Shown: positions 28,884 to 44,601, counted from the first letter of the stretch. The stretch is DNA of 64,000 bases from Octopus vulgaris (GCA_951406725.2 OX597814.1:12338001-12402000); one strand, 5' to 3'. Numbers and translations: made by a program. The notes: generated by a model from the letters alone, not told the origin.

Positions 28884-29039
28884 AGTACTTATTCTATCGG
28901 TCACTTTTGCCGAAATGCTAGGTTACAGGGAGGGACGTAAACACACCAGAATCGGTTGTCAAGTGATGTTGGGGTGGGGGTGGGGGTGGGGGAACAATAC
29001 ACACATGCATACATACACAAACAAACATACATACATACA

Positions 29040-29072
<33 letters not shown>

Positions 29073-29073
29073 G

Positions 29074-29116
<43 letters not shown>

Positions 29117-29206
29117 GACGGGCTTTCAGTTTCCGTCTGCCTAATCCACTCAAAATGCTTTGGTCGGCCCGAAGCTATAGTAGGAGACACTTGCCCAAGG
29201 TGCCAC
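28884..29206 (-). mobile_element. SINE family B, partial and diverged
   Basis: agtacttattctatcggtc...cacttgcccaaggtgccac. Confidence 0.8.
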
Positions 29207-29511
29207 ACATGTATATATACATAGTGAAAGTAATAAAAAGGAAGCTATTAAAAGTGAAACTATTGAAAGTGAAACCATATAAAAATTAAACTATTATATC
29301 TCATTGCAATAGAGATGGTATTGTTTCACTTTTGCCATGTAATAAAGAAACAGTTTAAGAGATTGCTCCAGGCTGGCATTAGGCAAGAAGTTGAAAATCA
29401 TTTGGCCCATAACAATCCATGGACCGTAAGTAGTGCATGTGTAAAATTTGATTGAAATCGGTTGGGTAGTCCTTGATTTGGCGATGCACATATACAGACA
29501 TACATCCTCAG

Positions 29512-29545
<34 letters not shown>

Positions 29546-29667
29546 CGAAGCGTTAGCGCGAAGCAGTGTTTAAGTATGAACAGAATTTAGGCTAGTTGAA
29601 ATATGTTTCAACTGCTAAACTGCAAATACACTGCAGTTAGCGTGCAGAAAAAAACTCTTGTATCGTA

Positions 29668-29878
29668 AAAACTGATGTGAAAACATCCGGTTCGTGTAGT
29701 GTCACCATCTATTAGGAATCCCGAACATCGATGTTTCTTTTTTTCTTTATTAAGTTCGCTCAGAGTTGCCTCTTAGAGGTGTATCGCACTGACAGGAGTC
29801 AAATAACCCGAAACATCGATGTCTGGGATTCCTAATACATGGCAACATTGAATGAACCGGGTGATTTCACACCTTTTT
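29668..29878. mobile_element. Foldback/MITE-like element with ~70-bp imperfect inverted arms
   Basis: tgtgaaa.catccggttc...tattaggaatccc.aacatcgatgtttc versus gaaacatcgatgtctgggattcctaata...gaaccgggtgatttcaca. Confidence 0.6.
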
Positions 29879-29969
29879 ATTATAAGATTTTTTTTTCTCT
29901 AACTGCAGTCGAAATATGTTTTTCAGATATTTCAACAAGCCTAAACTCTGCTCATATATATGCATATAT

Positions 29970-30024
<55 letters not shown>

Positions 30025-30159
30025 TTATATAGGCTAAAAAAATAAGTACAGGAGTTGATTAGTTCGATTAAAATTCCTGAAAGCTGTGCTATAGGCATGA
30101 TCATAGTCTTATAACTGACACAAATAAAAGATGCATACATACATACATACATACATTTA

Positions 30160-30241
<82 letters not shown>

Positions 30242-30259
30242 CATACATACATACATACA

Positions 30260-30305
<46 letters not shown>

Positions 30306-30312
30306 CATACAT

Positions 30313-30358
<46 letters not shown>

Positions 30359-30715
30359 GTATGTATATGGACATACATAAACACTTACATTCACACAAAA
30401 ATACGTATTTGAATGATAAGGAGGACTCCGTTAAGACCCTAAGTGAAATTTCCTGTTTTATCTCAAATGATATCCTTTCGTAAATCCTTCTTTTCTTGGA
30501 AAAAAAAAACATACCCAATACTCCCCCACTTTCTCACATCCTCGATTAATCTACGAATCCGCCCACATATCGCAGCATAAACATAAACACCAACCCCAAA
30601 AGTACAAGTAGAACTATCGCGTCTCTCAGCTTACCCCACGTTCTTTGCAATCTCGCTGTCTTTCGCGCTCGCTCTCACACACTCTCACAATCTCTCTCTC
30701 TTACTCTCTCTCTCT

Positions 30716-30765
<50 letters not shown>

Positions 30766-30778
30766 CTCTCTCTCTCCT

Positions 30779-30811
<33 letters not shown>

Positions 30812-31366
30812 AATATCCCAATCGCTCTATCTTTTTTCCATCAACTCTTGTATCGCTACGTTCAATTTTCGACACTTCTCCCTATACATTAACATTTCGC
30901 CGACGTTTATGTGCTCGAAGTAAAATTCTTATCGGTCTGTCTGACTATCCTCTCACCTCAACACTTCTTTCTTATCTGGTTAATCCGTCTCCTCTCCGTA
31001 CCAGAACCCTATTAACACATCCCATCCATAATCGGTCTGTTGAAGAAAGATTCCACGAAAATGCAATAAAACATGTCATTCTTAATATTCACCAGAATGT
31101 TTATGGAGATTCATACCGAATACCAGGGCCACTCCGTCAATTTATCATATACATATATGCGTACGAACGCACATACATGTATACATGCATATATACATGC
31201 ATACATACATGCATGCATACAGACAAATATACATACATTCATACATACATTCATATATACATACTTATACGTGTTTGCAAATATATACATACACACACAC
31301 ATATATATGCATAGGTTAGTAGAGTTAGAGGTTGGAATAACCGGCTAATAGATATATATATGTATA

Positions 31367-31431
<65 letters not shown>

Positions 31432-31438
31432 ATCTATG

Positions 31439-31469
<31 letters not shown>

Positions 31470-31684
31470 GGATATATATGCCTGTATTTCTATATTTATG
31501 TATGCGTTTATAGATATAATGTAATATATGTGCGCATACATGCATACATACAAACATACATTGATATATACAGATATATATATGTATATATATATATTTA
31601 TTTATATATTTATGTGTGCGCTCGTAGATATAAGGTAATATACGTGTAATATTTGCTTTTGTATGTAATATTTATATATATATA

Positions 31685-31728
<44 letters not shown>

Positions 31729-31751
31729 TATACATAATATACTAGGCTTTT

Positions 31752-31801
<50 letters not shown>

Positions 31802-32430
31802 AACTAGCTGTTTATTTATATTCCGTATGTATATTCACGTGTATGTGTGCGACACTCACTCTCTATATAGAGACATGCACACATATGTGTATACACATGC
31901 ACGCAGGCAGACAGGCATAGCACACAGACTCTCACATTTTTATCTGCGCGCCTGTGGGTGTATGGGTGGAGGGGGTACGTACGTGGATATGTCAGCATAT
32001 GCTAGCATTTCTGTGTGTGCGCATTATATATTTTTACTTATATTATTTGGAAACATATCTTCCAGTATTTCTCCTGATTCAACAATTACACAGAAACAGG
32101 GACACATGGATATAAAAAGTTGCTATAGATTTATATTTAGACAATCCCTCTATCACAAACAAATATATGCACGCATACCACGTAAGCAAACAGAGAACTA
32201 TCTATGTGATGGCGTTCAATTCTGGATTTATAGATATATACATGGTACAGTATATAAACCATTATAATATGTATTTGTATGTATATGTATGCATATATGT
32301 ATGCATATACATGGTACAGTATACAAACCATTATAATATATGTTTGTATGTATATGTATGCATATATACGTGTATATGTGTGTATATATATATATATACA
32401 TATATATATACATATATATATATATATAAC

Positions 32431-32482
<52 letters not shown>

Positions 32483-32549
32483 GTATATACATATATATAT
32501 ACATACATATACATATACATATATATATATGTATATATATATATGTATA

Positions 32550-32591
<42 letters not shown>

Positions 32592-33068
32592 AAATATAAA
32601 TATATATATGCATATATGTATACATGTATGCATATATATACACATATATGTATATATATATATGCGTGTGTGTATTTATGTACACACACACACACACACA
32701 CACACACGTGTATGTTTATTTATACTTAATCATACTCTAACTTTCGGAAGTGTCTCCTCATACATTAATGCTGCACGAGCACACGTGATGCTATTTTTGG
32801 ATACACCCATGGATAATGGGATAAAACTGTATGAGTGTACAAAATCGTTTCACGCCCTTATTCTTTCCACCCTATTTATTAATAAAATTAATAAGAAGAA
32901 AGCCCTTCAAAATTCCTTTACCCCGAATATTAAGATAAATTTGCTACGTGCCTAAGGCGTACTGTGAATTTCAGGGTTGTTATTAATATAGTTGAATGCT
33001 GTATGTATGAGTTGTGTGCGTGTGTAAGTACCTGCATATGAGTATAAATACATACACATATAATGGTG

Positions 33069-33454
33069 GAGGCGCAATGGCCCAGTGGTTAGGGCAGCGG
33101 ACTCACGGTCATAGGATCGCGGTTTCGATTTCCAGACCGGGCGTTGTGAGTGTTTATTGAGCGAAAACACCTAAAGCTCTATGAGGCTTCGGCAGGGGAT
33201 GGTGATAATCCCCGCTGTACTCTTTCACCACAACTTTCTCTCACTCTTACTTCCTGTTTCTGTTGTACCTGTATTTCAAAGGGCCGGCCTTGTCACTCTC
33301 TGTGTCACGCTGAATATCCCCGAGAACTACGTTAAGGGTACACGTGTCTGTGGAGTGCTCAGCCACTTACACGTTAATTTCACGAGCAGGCTGTTCCGTT
33401 GATTTGATCGGATCAACCGGAACCCTCGTCGTCGTAACCGACGGAGTGCTTCCA
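33069..33454 (+). mobile_element. SINE family C, full length
   Basis: A-box tggcccagtgg and B-box ggtttcgattt/ccc; perfect 15-bp TSD acacatataatggtg; near-identical copy at 45664. Confidence 0.93.
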
Positions 33455-33832
33455 ACACATATAATGGTGCTTACGAAACGTGTATAAATACTAAAAACAA
33501 AAATGGATTTGGATACTTAAACAGAGATTGTTGATATAAAGAAGGCAATGAGGAATGCGACTATATCTATCTAATGCAAGGAAATAAATTATACCACTTT
33601 TCACAAATGTTGAAAAATATAATAGATCAAACGTAAGGAGATAGCAACAAGAAACCCTTGAGTATAGAGGGATCGCCATCAGATAAACATATGAAAGTGT
33701 CAGTGAGAAACTCTGACATGGAAAGAGAGTAAACCGAAAGAATCTCTGTCGAAATACTAATCAAGTGCCGACATAAAAGTGAGAGCGACAATGAATAAAA
33801 CTCACAGAGTTTTTCTTTTCTCTATAAATTAT

Positions 33833-34100
33833 TAAAAAAGAAATAAATAAATGCGCTCTTTTTAAAGCCTAGCCAGACTCATGGGCCCGGTTTCCCGGTT
33901 TCTATGGCGTATGTGTTCCCTAGCTGGACGGGACGCCATTCCATCGCAGTGTTACTCATTTTTGCCAGTTGAGTGGACTGGAGCAACGCGAAATGAAGAG
34001 TTTTACTCAAGAACACACCGCGTCGCCCGGTCCAGGTATCGAAACCACAATCTTACGATCAAGATGCTGACACCCTAACCACTAAGCCACGCGCCTCCTC
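33833..34100 (-). mobile_element. SINE family D
   Basis: Colinear with 25789-26050; imperfect TSD cta.aaattat. Confidence 0.88.
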
Positions 34101-34900
34101 CTAGAAATTATCGGCAAAAATAAATCTGTTCTGTGAAGTCTAACCAGGAAGCAGGATAGCAATGAAAACCTGAAAAACAATTGTTCTTGCATATGGTGAA
34201 AAGCAATTACCACAGTATCCCTACGATATTATTGAGATCGTGATGGAAAAATTTCAAGTGAGGAAAGTACTAGGGAAAGATTTAAATGTGAGTTACTGGT
34301 ACAATATTTACCATTTACTCGCGATATTTGCAGGCTCACAGAGGAGGTGTAAATTTACTAATCTGTCCGGCCTTGAAACAACTCTGATACCAAAGATAGC
34401 AAAGATAACAAAGAACAAAAATACTCGCATTGTGAGAACGACGGGCGAATTGCCAGTCAAAATCTTATGCATAAAACGTATACAACCTATCGGAATCTGT
34501 TCCTGTTCGTTCATTCGTTTAGTAACAAGATTACTACAGCCGAACGCCAGCTGGATTTCCTTTCACTTGCTAAATTTTCTGAGAGTGTAATCAAGGTTTT
34601 AAATATCTTAATTTCAACCTGGTTCACCAAATCGAAGTTAAATACAAATGACGATAACATTACCTCTGATAGGATAAAATTTTAACGAGGTAATATTTCA
34701 AGAAGCTTATCTGTGGTGTTATTTATACTTACAATGAAGACGTTAACTTTTGATGAGGAAACCTGAAGGTTACGTAGTTGGTTCACAGCAAAGACTGAAG
34801 CCTAATAATTAACTTGCTTATGTTATATGTTCAGACAAAAATAATATGAAGAAGAGCCTCTACAGGGAGGAGTTTGTTAAGCATAAATGTACTTGTCAAA

Positions 34901-35237
34901 GGCAGCGAGCTGGCAGAAACGTTAGCACGCCGGCGAAATGCGTAGCCGTATTTCGTCTGCCGATACGTTCTGAGTTCAAATTCCGCCGAGGTCGACTTTG
35001 CCTTTCATCCTTTCGGAGTCGATAAATTAAGTACCAGTTACGCACTGGGGTCGATACAATCGACTTATTTCGTCTGCCGATACGTTCTGAGTTCAAATTC
35101 CGCCGAGGTCGACTTTGCCTTTCATCCTTTCGGAGTCGATAAATTAAGTACCAGTTACGCACTTGGGTCGATATAATCGACTAAATCCGTTTGTCTGTCC
35201 CCTCTGTGTATAGCCCCTTGTGAGCAGTAAAGAAATA
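34901..35237 (+). mobile_element. SINE family A with a 117-bp internal duplication
   Basis: tttcgtctgccgatacg at 34951 and 35068; TSD aatgtacttgtc.aa. Confidence 0.92.
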
Positions 35238-35508
35238 ATGAATGTACTTGTCTAAGTGTAAGCAATGACAAACAAGCCAGTTGCAAGTTCACTATCAATG
35301 ATTTCGGAACTTCAATGACATAACACACGGGGGTGCTACAGGTATTTAAAAGTGGATGGAAATATACGGTAACAATCAACAGATAAAAATATGACTCCTT
35401 TGCCTGCAATAAAACAAGGCCTGCCTGTGTTTGCTGCATCTGTATTCATGCCAACATTTGGGTTATTCCATTAGGCACTAGATCAACTCCACAGTATTGA
35501 TGCTAAAA

Positions 35509-35739
35509 GGCGGCGAGCTGGCAGAAACGTTAGCGCGCCTGGCGAAATGCGTAGCCGCATTTTGTCTGACGTTACGTTCTGAGTTCAAATTCCGCCGAGG
35601 TCGACTTTGCCTTTCATCCTTTCGGAGTCGATTAAATAAGTACCAGCTACGCACTGGGGTCGATATAATCGACTTAATCCGTTTGTCTGTCCTTGTTTGT
35701 CCTCTCTGTGTTTAGCCCCTTGTGGGTAGTAAAGAAATA
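35509..35739 (+). mobile_element. SINE family A, full length
   Basis: 16-bp TSD agtatt(g/t)atgctaaaa. Confidence 0.93.
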
Positions 35740-35950
35740 AGTATTTATGCTAAAACTCAGAAACTACCAACTACTACTAATAATGCAATATCGAATACCT
35801 TTACCCTAAAAAAAAAAAAAAAGAAAGAGGGAGATCGATCCGAACAACCTTTGAATTTAGTATGACAACCATCAAGCAGCGAAGAAAAGACACTGAAATT
35901 TTTAAAATAAACTAAAATATTCTACACACACACACACATTTATATGTACA

Positions 35951-36330
35951 CTAGCAGTATCGCCCGGCGTTGCTCAGGTTTGTAAGGGAAATAACTATAA
36001 AGCATTTTTAGAGAGTTATAGCCAAAAAATAACAAAAAAATGGAAAAAAATGATGGTAAATTTTTTTTAGTTAAAAAAGGTGGAGTTGCGTCCCCTAGAC
36101 AGTTTGCGGTTTGTGTTTCTGATTCTCGACACCATGTCGAATTTATCGATTTTTTCAGAACTGGGGGAACTTTTCAAAATTTTCGCTGCGTTAGTTTTGA
36201 ATTATGACATTGGGCTATGTGTGTGTCAAGTTTCATCAGAATCGGTTGAAAGCCGTGGTCAGGGTGAGGGTACAAGCAAACAGACACACAGAAACACGCA
36301 CAGACAAACTGCCGTTTATATATAGAGAGA
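35951..36330 (-). mobile_element. Non-autonomous Helitron-like element
   Basis: Minus strand 5' TC..., subterminal hairpin cctgagcaacgccggg, 3' CTAG, inserted A|T with no TSD; near-identical to 56774-57158. Confidence 0.8.
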
Positions 36331-37111
36331 TACACAGATATGTTACCAGAATTTTTATGAAGATTCATATACATAAAAGTATATACAATTTAGTGATGCT
36401 ATTCTCTCTGATACAGAGTTCATTCGCAAAGTGAATGCTCATAGCTCCCAAGGTACATAAATAGCAATGTACATCTCATGCATTTTAGCACTTACTGCTA
36501 TACTTCAGCTCGTAATTAATGTTGGGCCACTAAAACTCCCAAACATAATTCGACCGCGAAGTGTTATTATTTCTGACATCGTTGTGCAATATAAACGTGC
36601 TGTATCGATTTTGAAAAAAATAGCGGTTAATCAGGTATGTGCCTCGGCTGAATATCTTATACACTTATGTCATCTAACAGTTGACTCTTATCCTGCAGAA
36701 ATTTTGTTCCATTTACCTATCAGTGGGCTCGTGTTTAGGGGGAAGTTTTATGAAAGCAGTGTTCTCGGTTTCGATTTCTGACTGCGTTTGAAACGCGAAT
36801 CGCCGATTTAAACAGTCCACTTATAGTCTTCTTACACCTCTGGCCGGAATTTCCTAACAGTCAATAGTGTCGCAGAATGTGATGACTTATTCCTTTATGT
36901 TCCTCACGCAAATCTGGGTTACATACACGCATAAATATATGAATATATTTATTAAGTTGTTCGAAATCTCAAAGAAAAGAACGGGTACATAATGCCTGCA
37001 ACAGGAAATATCTCTTCGGCACGTGAAAAATTGGATCGACGAATTTAAAATTTGCGTAGCCGTAACACCCATGCGAAATTAGGTATGTATGTATGTATGT
37101 ATGTATGTATG

Positions 37112-37161
<50 letters not shown>

Positions 37162-37695
37162 TATATATCTGTATGTATGTATATATACATACATATACAC
37201 ATACATATATATACAGGTTTGTGCGTGTGTGTGCACGCGTTTGCGTGTATGAGTGTATGTGTATGTGTGTGTGATATATGCGTACGTATATATATATATA
37301 TATATTCATGAATATATACATATAGCATATATCTACTTGCATACATTACATACATACATACATACATGTAAATACACACACACACGCGCGCGCGCGCCTA
37401 TACATGTATGTAATGCATATAATGTACATGTATATCATATGATGCTTATTTTTCTGGACTGAGTAATTTTTTGCTGATCCTACTAAGAAGCAAATAGTAT
37501 ACACGTACACACACACATACACACATACACACACACACACACACATACACATACACACACAAACATACACACACATACACACTCGCACGCACATACACAT
37601 ATCTATATATACTTGTATTTATGTATGATATATTCACACATACATACATACCCATATATACACACTCACATATACCTGTATACATACATACACAC

Positions 37696-37731
<36 letters not shown>

Positions 37732-38334
37732 ATACATATATATATATATATATTTGTGTGTGTGTATGTGTGTGTGTGAGTAAACCTGAGGCTCTACTTC
37801 ATCGCTGTTACCATCGTGATTGTTGGGGCATCTGTTACAGATTCTAACTTACAATTGTCCTGGGATTTTACCCATTTGCTATTGGTTTGTAGTGTATAAC
37901 AGCAAAGCAAAAATATCTCTTTTAGATTCTATTGCTGATAGCTAATCCTCAGACAGAATTTTATCCTATTGTTTCGAGAAGTAGGTAAGTCAATATACAG
38001 TTTGCTGAGTATCCATGTTGTAGTTGTAGCTAATGGGATTTCTGTCATTGCTAAAGTAAATACAAGAACTGCTCCTAGCCTATACTTTTTTTGTTATTTG
38101 AAGTTGTTTATATTTGTGTCTGCACTACTTCGTTTAACATTGTTCAGTATATAAAAACAGATGCGTTAGGCAGAGCAGATATATTTTTTTTGGTCTACTT
38201 ACTTGAAATGATTCACCGATTTCCAATCAGATCTACTTTCTTCCATACCGCCGCTAGCGCTATATCATTTCTAAGTTGTGGAAAATATTCCAATAGCATT
38301 GCCCAAATGATTTTGGCATCAACTTTAAAAATCA

Positions 38335-38635
38335 ATCCAAGGTTTGGTCCTCCTGTCAACCGTTCTCTACAACAATTATATTCGCGTCATATCGCAAAAC
38401 TAAGACAGAACTATTTCACCTTAACTGGCATTACTCTCTTTAACATGATGCCGGGACACTTAAAAGGAGAAACATATCTCAACATCCAAGCGGTTCTTGG
38501 ACAAATATCTACAATAAATTCCAGATAAACCATCGCTGCAAACAATAACTCTTTACTCGAATGGGCTATGGTGCCCAAAGAATGACTAATACAAAACATT
38601 ATTAAATGTTTTTTCCAAGTAGTGCTATTGAGTTT
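38335..38635 (+). mobile_element. CR1-like LINE 3' end relic
   Basis: RQNYFTLTGITLFNMMPGHLK...LDKYL..IPDKP..NNSLLEW resembles CR1 C-termini (GPxLFNxLP...LDxxLxxIPDxP). Confidence 0.6.
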
Positions 38636-39179
38636 GCTATGGATTGGGCCAATTCTTCTGAAACTTTTTCAAGTATTTTAAGTATTCTGATAAAGCAATT
38701 CCTGCAGCGATGAACGTTTTCTCATTCACGAACCAGTTATACTGATATTGTGAGGTAGAAATTAATATATTTCGGAATTTGATGGATTTCGTGTATTGAG
38801 TGTGTCTGCTCCTGAATGTGTCTTTCTCATATTTGATGTGTTTTGTTTTTCTAGATATCCTCTTATAATGACGCTTTGGCTCTATGGCAAGTGCCTTTGT
38901 TAGGAACTTGCAATTCAATAATTTCAAATATTTGTATATTTAATTCTATTGAATTTAGGTGACTTATTTGGCTTGGTTACTACTCTTACTTCGAGGTATC
39001 AAATTAGTTATGTTATATATATAAGCCATGCTGAATGAAACTATTATAACGTCATATGCTAAATAGTGTCATAAGATAAATCGTCAATTATATAACCTAG
39101 CTGCGATGGCTATACTTCTTCGAATTACGAAACATTAAATATTTAGTACGGCACTCTGATCTCTCGGTGGAAATGAGAT

Positions 39180-39720
39180 GCTTAAAATCTACTGAGGATC
39201 TCCTTCGGTTCAAAAATTAATATAACATTTTAAATCTTTTCAGCTTTTGATTGCTTCTGACTTTTTAAACATCGGGATTTTGCTTGTTTCCAATTTTAAA
39301 TATCAATCGGATATGAACTCAGAAGGTAAGGAGCCAAACAAACAGCGCAAGACATTCTCTTAGTAATGAACAAGCTTTCTATTTTTCTCAGAGATATGCA
39401 GTTCATAGTTGCTGGAGAATTCAACGTTAGTATTTACTTCTAGAAAAGTTATATCGATTTATCCAATGTTACACAGAAACCTCTCCAATTTTCATTTTTA
39501 TCGGTACAAAATCTCGTTTCAGTGAATTGCTTACAGACTGCTCCTAACATCTTTGTCCAGCCAATAAATACAACTCTGAACGTTCCTCTATTACATTCAC
39601 TGTGTTTCATTTCTCTTACACAAGGTGCTGAATATCTGATTTAAAGTATTTTAGAGCTCGTTTCTACAAAGAAACAGAATATCTGACACGAACCTCACCC
39701 TATTATTTGAATTTGATAGT
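39180..39720 (+). mobile_element. Possible decayed APE-endonuclease LINE fragment
   Basis: QFIVAGEFNV (cf. IxGDFN) and a later SD-type motif; many stop codons. Confidence 0.3.
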
Positions 39721-39791
39721 CAGCAGCACCACGAAAGCTATGCGCATTTCTACTTCATTAATGGCCCATTCGGTTAATATATATGCGTGTG

Positions 39792-39828
<37 letters not shown>

Positions 39829-40549
39829 GCATGTATGTATATATAACATGAATCTAAAAACGTGTAATTAATTAAAATAATATATTATCGTGTCAGCAGA
39901 AACGCTATAATAAGACATCTTAATTTTATAAATTAATAAATAATGTTGAAACTGATCTAAAAACAAAAACAACTGAAAACAAATTTCTTGAGATTAATAG
40001 CTTCTTCAGATGTTCACGTATATTTTCGAAATATCTGTTATGTAATAACGAAGGCCAGTAACACATGTTGAATAGTTAATTAGATAAGCAGTAAATTACA
40101 CCACATCTACTGTATTGCTCACCATCTCACCATTCTTTTAAAAGAATAATTCAGAGATGCCATTTGCATAAAACCAATAGATGAGTGGTAACATATTTAC
40201 TACAGAGATTAATAAAAAATATATTTATAAAACTGGTTAATTCTGTTTTCTACGCCAACTAATGTATATTTCTGTACATTAAACCAGTGTCTTTTTATGA
40301 TAACTTTGTCTAGTATGCTGAAGGTTGTGCTTTAACGATGAGGTCAGAATAATAGCAACACATACCAATAGTTGTCGCCCGTTCTTGTCGAAAAAGCAAG
40401 TAATCTTAATGACCGATATACTTTTTTTTTGTCTACCTAATTCTTAATGCTCTCTGCATTAAATATGTTAACATCAGCTTGACTGTTGCCTTTATTGTAT
40501 TATTCGATAACTAGCTTCGGATTTTTAATTTTACTATCCTCTACTGTGC

Positions 40550-41744
<1,195 letters not shown>

Positions 41745-41772
41745 CACCACCAACAATAACAATAATAACAAT

Positions 41773-42417
41773 TGGAACTTCACTGTTCAAACTGACAGAA
41801 AGATAGATGCAAATAGGCCAGACATTACATTGAAGGTCTTCTGACAAAAATCATATCTCCTCATCGATATGACTGTCTCAATTGACATAAATGTATCTGT
41901 CAAGACCTACCAAAATCTGAGCAAATATAAAGATCTCGAAATATAAATTGGCAAAGTGTACAACCTCAAAGTGTACAATACTTATGGTCATAGGTGCCCC
42001 AGGAATGATAGCCAAAGAGGCTGATTGTTACCTAGATCAGATACCAGAAAATCCAAAAATGGAAGGGATTAAAAAAATAATGCTCATGAGAACTGCCCAT
42101 ATCCTACGTAAAATATTGTCTGTGCAATCCCCCAAATATTTCAATCTGTAAACAGTGACAAAATAATTTAAAATGTACTTAACAGCAAACACCTTTTATT
42201 GTCATCTTGATATCAGGCTATTATCTTATAATACTTTTAAAACAAACTTCTAATTTACTTACGTTTTGACAGACTTTCTGTAGAACAATACTCTGTGCAA
42301 AACCAAATATATGGGACCCTAGTCATAACATCAACTTGAACTTCTATGTTGTCTCCTGAGGTCTCTGGGTGAGACTTGTAGTCAACTTGTACAAATACAA
42401 AACAAAAGCCAAACATA
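41773..42417 (+). mobile_element. Older tandem copy of the same R4/Dong subfamily (3' end)
   Basis: Colinear with 41125-41709 but with stop codons; ends aaacata-taataat. Confidence 0.9.
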
Positions 42418-42450
42418 TAATAATATTGGTTTTTGCTCTTTTTTTTTTTA

Positions 42451-44601
42451 CGTTTGCCATTCAATTTGATAATTGGTCAATCAAAGTCGCGAAAAAAATT
42501 GGCACCATGAAGTTATTCAATTTCGCACTTCGGTCAAAGAATTTAGCATTTACATCATTCAAATTAAAGTGCCCACCGAGAGAATTGAAATTAGTCGGAA
42601 TGCGAGGAAGCGTCTTCTCGATGATTCAAATTTGTTTCGGAGCAATCTACTTAACACTTCGAGCAATCAAATTAGCAGGATAGCTGTTTTGCTTTATCCC
42701 ATGATCATTGTTATCGTATTCGTATGTTTTCATCCATTGTTTATGCTTCAGATACTCTGCCACACCCATGGCTTTCTATGTATTCTATTATTTTTGTATA
42801 GGTACATGTATTTATAGATAAAGACTTCATGAAATCGCATTCCAGTCTTTTCAATCTTTTTAAAGAATCTCACAATAACAAATGCGCATTTTCTTTGATT
42901 TTGAATGCATTATGTTGTGATGTGTGTTCTTTGCATAATATGTTTTGTTGGGAAAAGTATATACTTCTTTGATTTTGCATATTTTCTTTCATCGGGGAAA
43001 GGGCGTTATGTACCCTAAGATATTTATTGATTTACAGTCTTGATAAGAAGAGTTCTCTTGAGTGAGTTTAGCCGTCTATTTCATGGCGGTCGAAGCATCA
43101 TGGGAGGTAGGTCAGGGTGTGTCTTCTCACAACGAACACAAATTTTGGATTGATGGCGTCGATGTTACGCCTAGGGATATGTATTACATGTGCTAACCAT
43201 TCTTCCATGGTCATACCAGCTTCTTCTCCACTGACCGTTGCAGCAACCCTTTGCTGCAACTCAGCTCGAGCGAGGTCCCGCTTGACAGCCGCTTTAAATG
43301 CAGAATGCGCTATTTCTGTAGAATTGAGAAACAGCGAGTAGGGAGGTAGGAGTATCAGACTGACCGGTGGGTCAGCGTCAGCTGGGAGCTCGGTACGAAC
43401 GTGTGACCGCGCATTGTCGTAGATCAAGTAGACAGATTCATCCGTTGGGAATATGACGGCACATGCTCGAACTGTTTCCACTAAGTACTCCTCGAAAGAG
43501 TTTCGTGTAACGGTTTATTTGCAATGGTGTGGTGAACCAAGCCGATTTCTCTCGATACCGCAAAAGGGACTTGCAGATTTTCCCTCGCTGACGGTTGACA
43601 GCTCTGAAGACAGGAAGCCTCGAGTGGCTCGTTCAATTGACCACCTGGTCCAAACCCACATTCATCAATGAATACGTAATGACCTACGACTCCCTCTTCC
43701 ATGAACTAATGCGCTCACTCGTAACACTTTTCCAGAGTTCTTGGGGCATTTATTGCATCTGGGACGTCTTAGGCCAACTTCATAGTTATCAAAGTCCCAT
43801 CTAGAGCCCATGTGATTGCAGACACGGAAACAGGCGACTTTTCGGGCAATGCGGCCTGTAAGTCCCTCTTTATCCGTTGAAGGCTAGCGAGTGGGCAGAC
43901 ATCAATAATCACCTTAAACCTGGCTCTGTCATCAACCTTAATGTGGTGGGCACCTCCTCTGGGCAACTTGTGGCGCCTTCGAGACCGTAGGTCGCTACTA
44001 TGAATCGGGAACTGCTCCTTTTAATGCCAAGTGTGTCTGCCATTTGCGGGTAGTCGGTTTGATGCCCCTTGAGGGTGTCAACCAGCCTTGCCGTATCCTC
44101 GTCCAATATACGCATGTACCTCACGCGTGGCTCTATGATTACAAATTGGTGTACGAGAAAGGGATAGAAAATGAAATTAATACCGACCGGTTACGAATGT
44201 TGCAATGAAAAAGACTTTCGTGGACAGAAGAATCACGTAATATATTTCTTCCTAGCAACATAATAAAATTCGTATCACAAAACATGTCATTTAAATTTGT
44301 CATTTTTAACATTCACTTCTTAGAATGTGAGTAAAAACATACATGTAAAATTAATGCTAAAATTGAATAAACTTATTCCGAACTCATGTGCGAATTTGAA
44401 TGCTCGAAAAAACGGTTCCTCGCATTCCGATTAATTTGAATGTTCTCGACCGGCATTTGAATTTGAATGATGCAAATGCTAAATTCTTTGGCCCAAGTGC
44501 GAAATTGAATGATCGAAAAACAAATTTGAATGTCTAACTTCATGGCGCTAATCTTTTTCGCGACTTTTTAGTGACCCAATTATCAAATTGAATGACAAAC
44601 G
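42451..44601 (-). mobile_element. IS630/Tc1-superfamily (Gambol/ISRm11-like) transposon with ~190-bp TIRs and a frameshifted transposase (43098-44124)
   Basis: TA-cgtttg.cattcaatttgataattgg... / ...ccaattatcaaattgaatgacaaacg-TA; motifs FIDECGF, IYDNARSH, LPPYSLFLNSTE. Confidence 0.88.

Noticed and set aside
33069-33140. tRNA-like sequences (also 45664, ~26040, ~51140-51208)
   Set aside because: A and B boxes are present but there is no complete cloverleaf acceptor stem. They continue into SINE bodies, most of which have TSDs.
36950-37080. VKNWIDEFK peptide reminiscent of a mariner HTH
   Set aside because: It is a single short motif with no TIR or catalytic motifs nearby.
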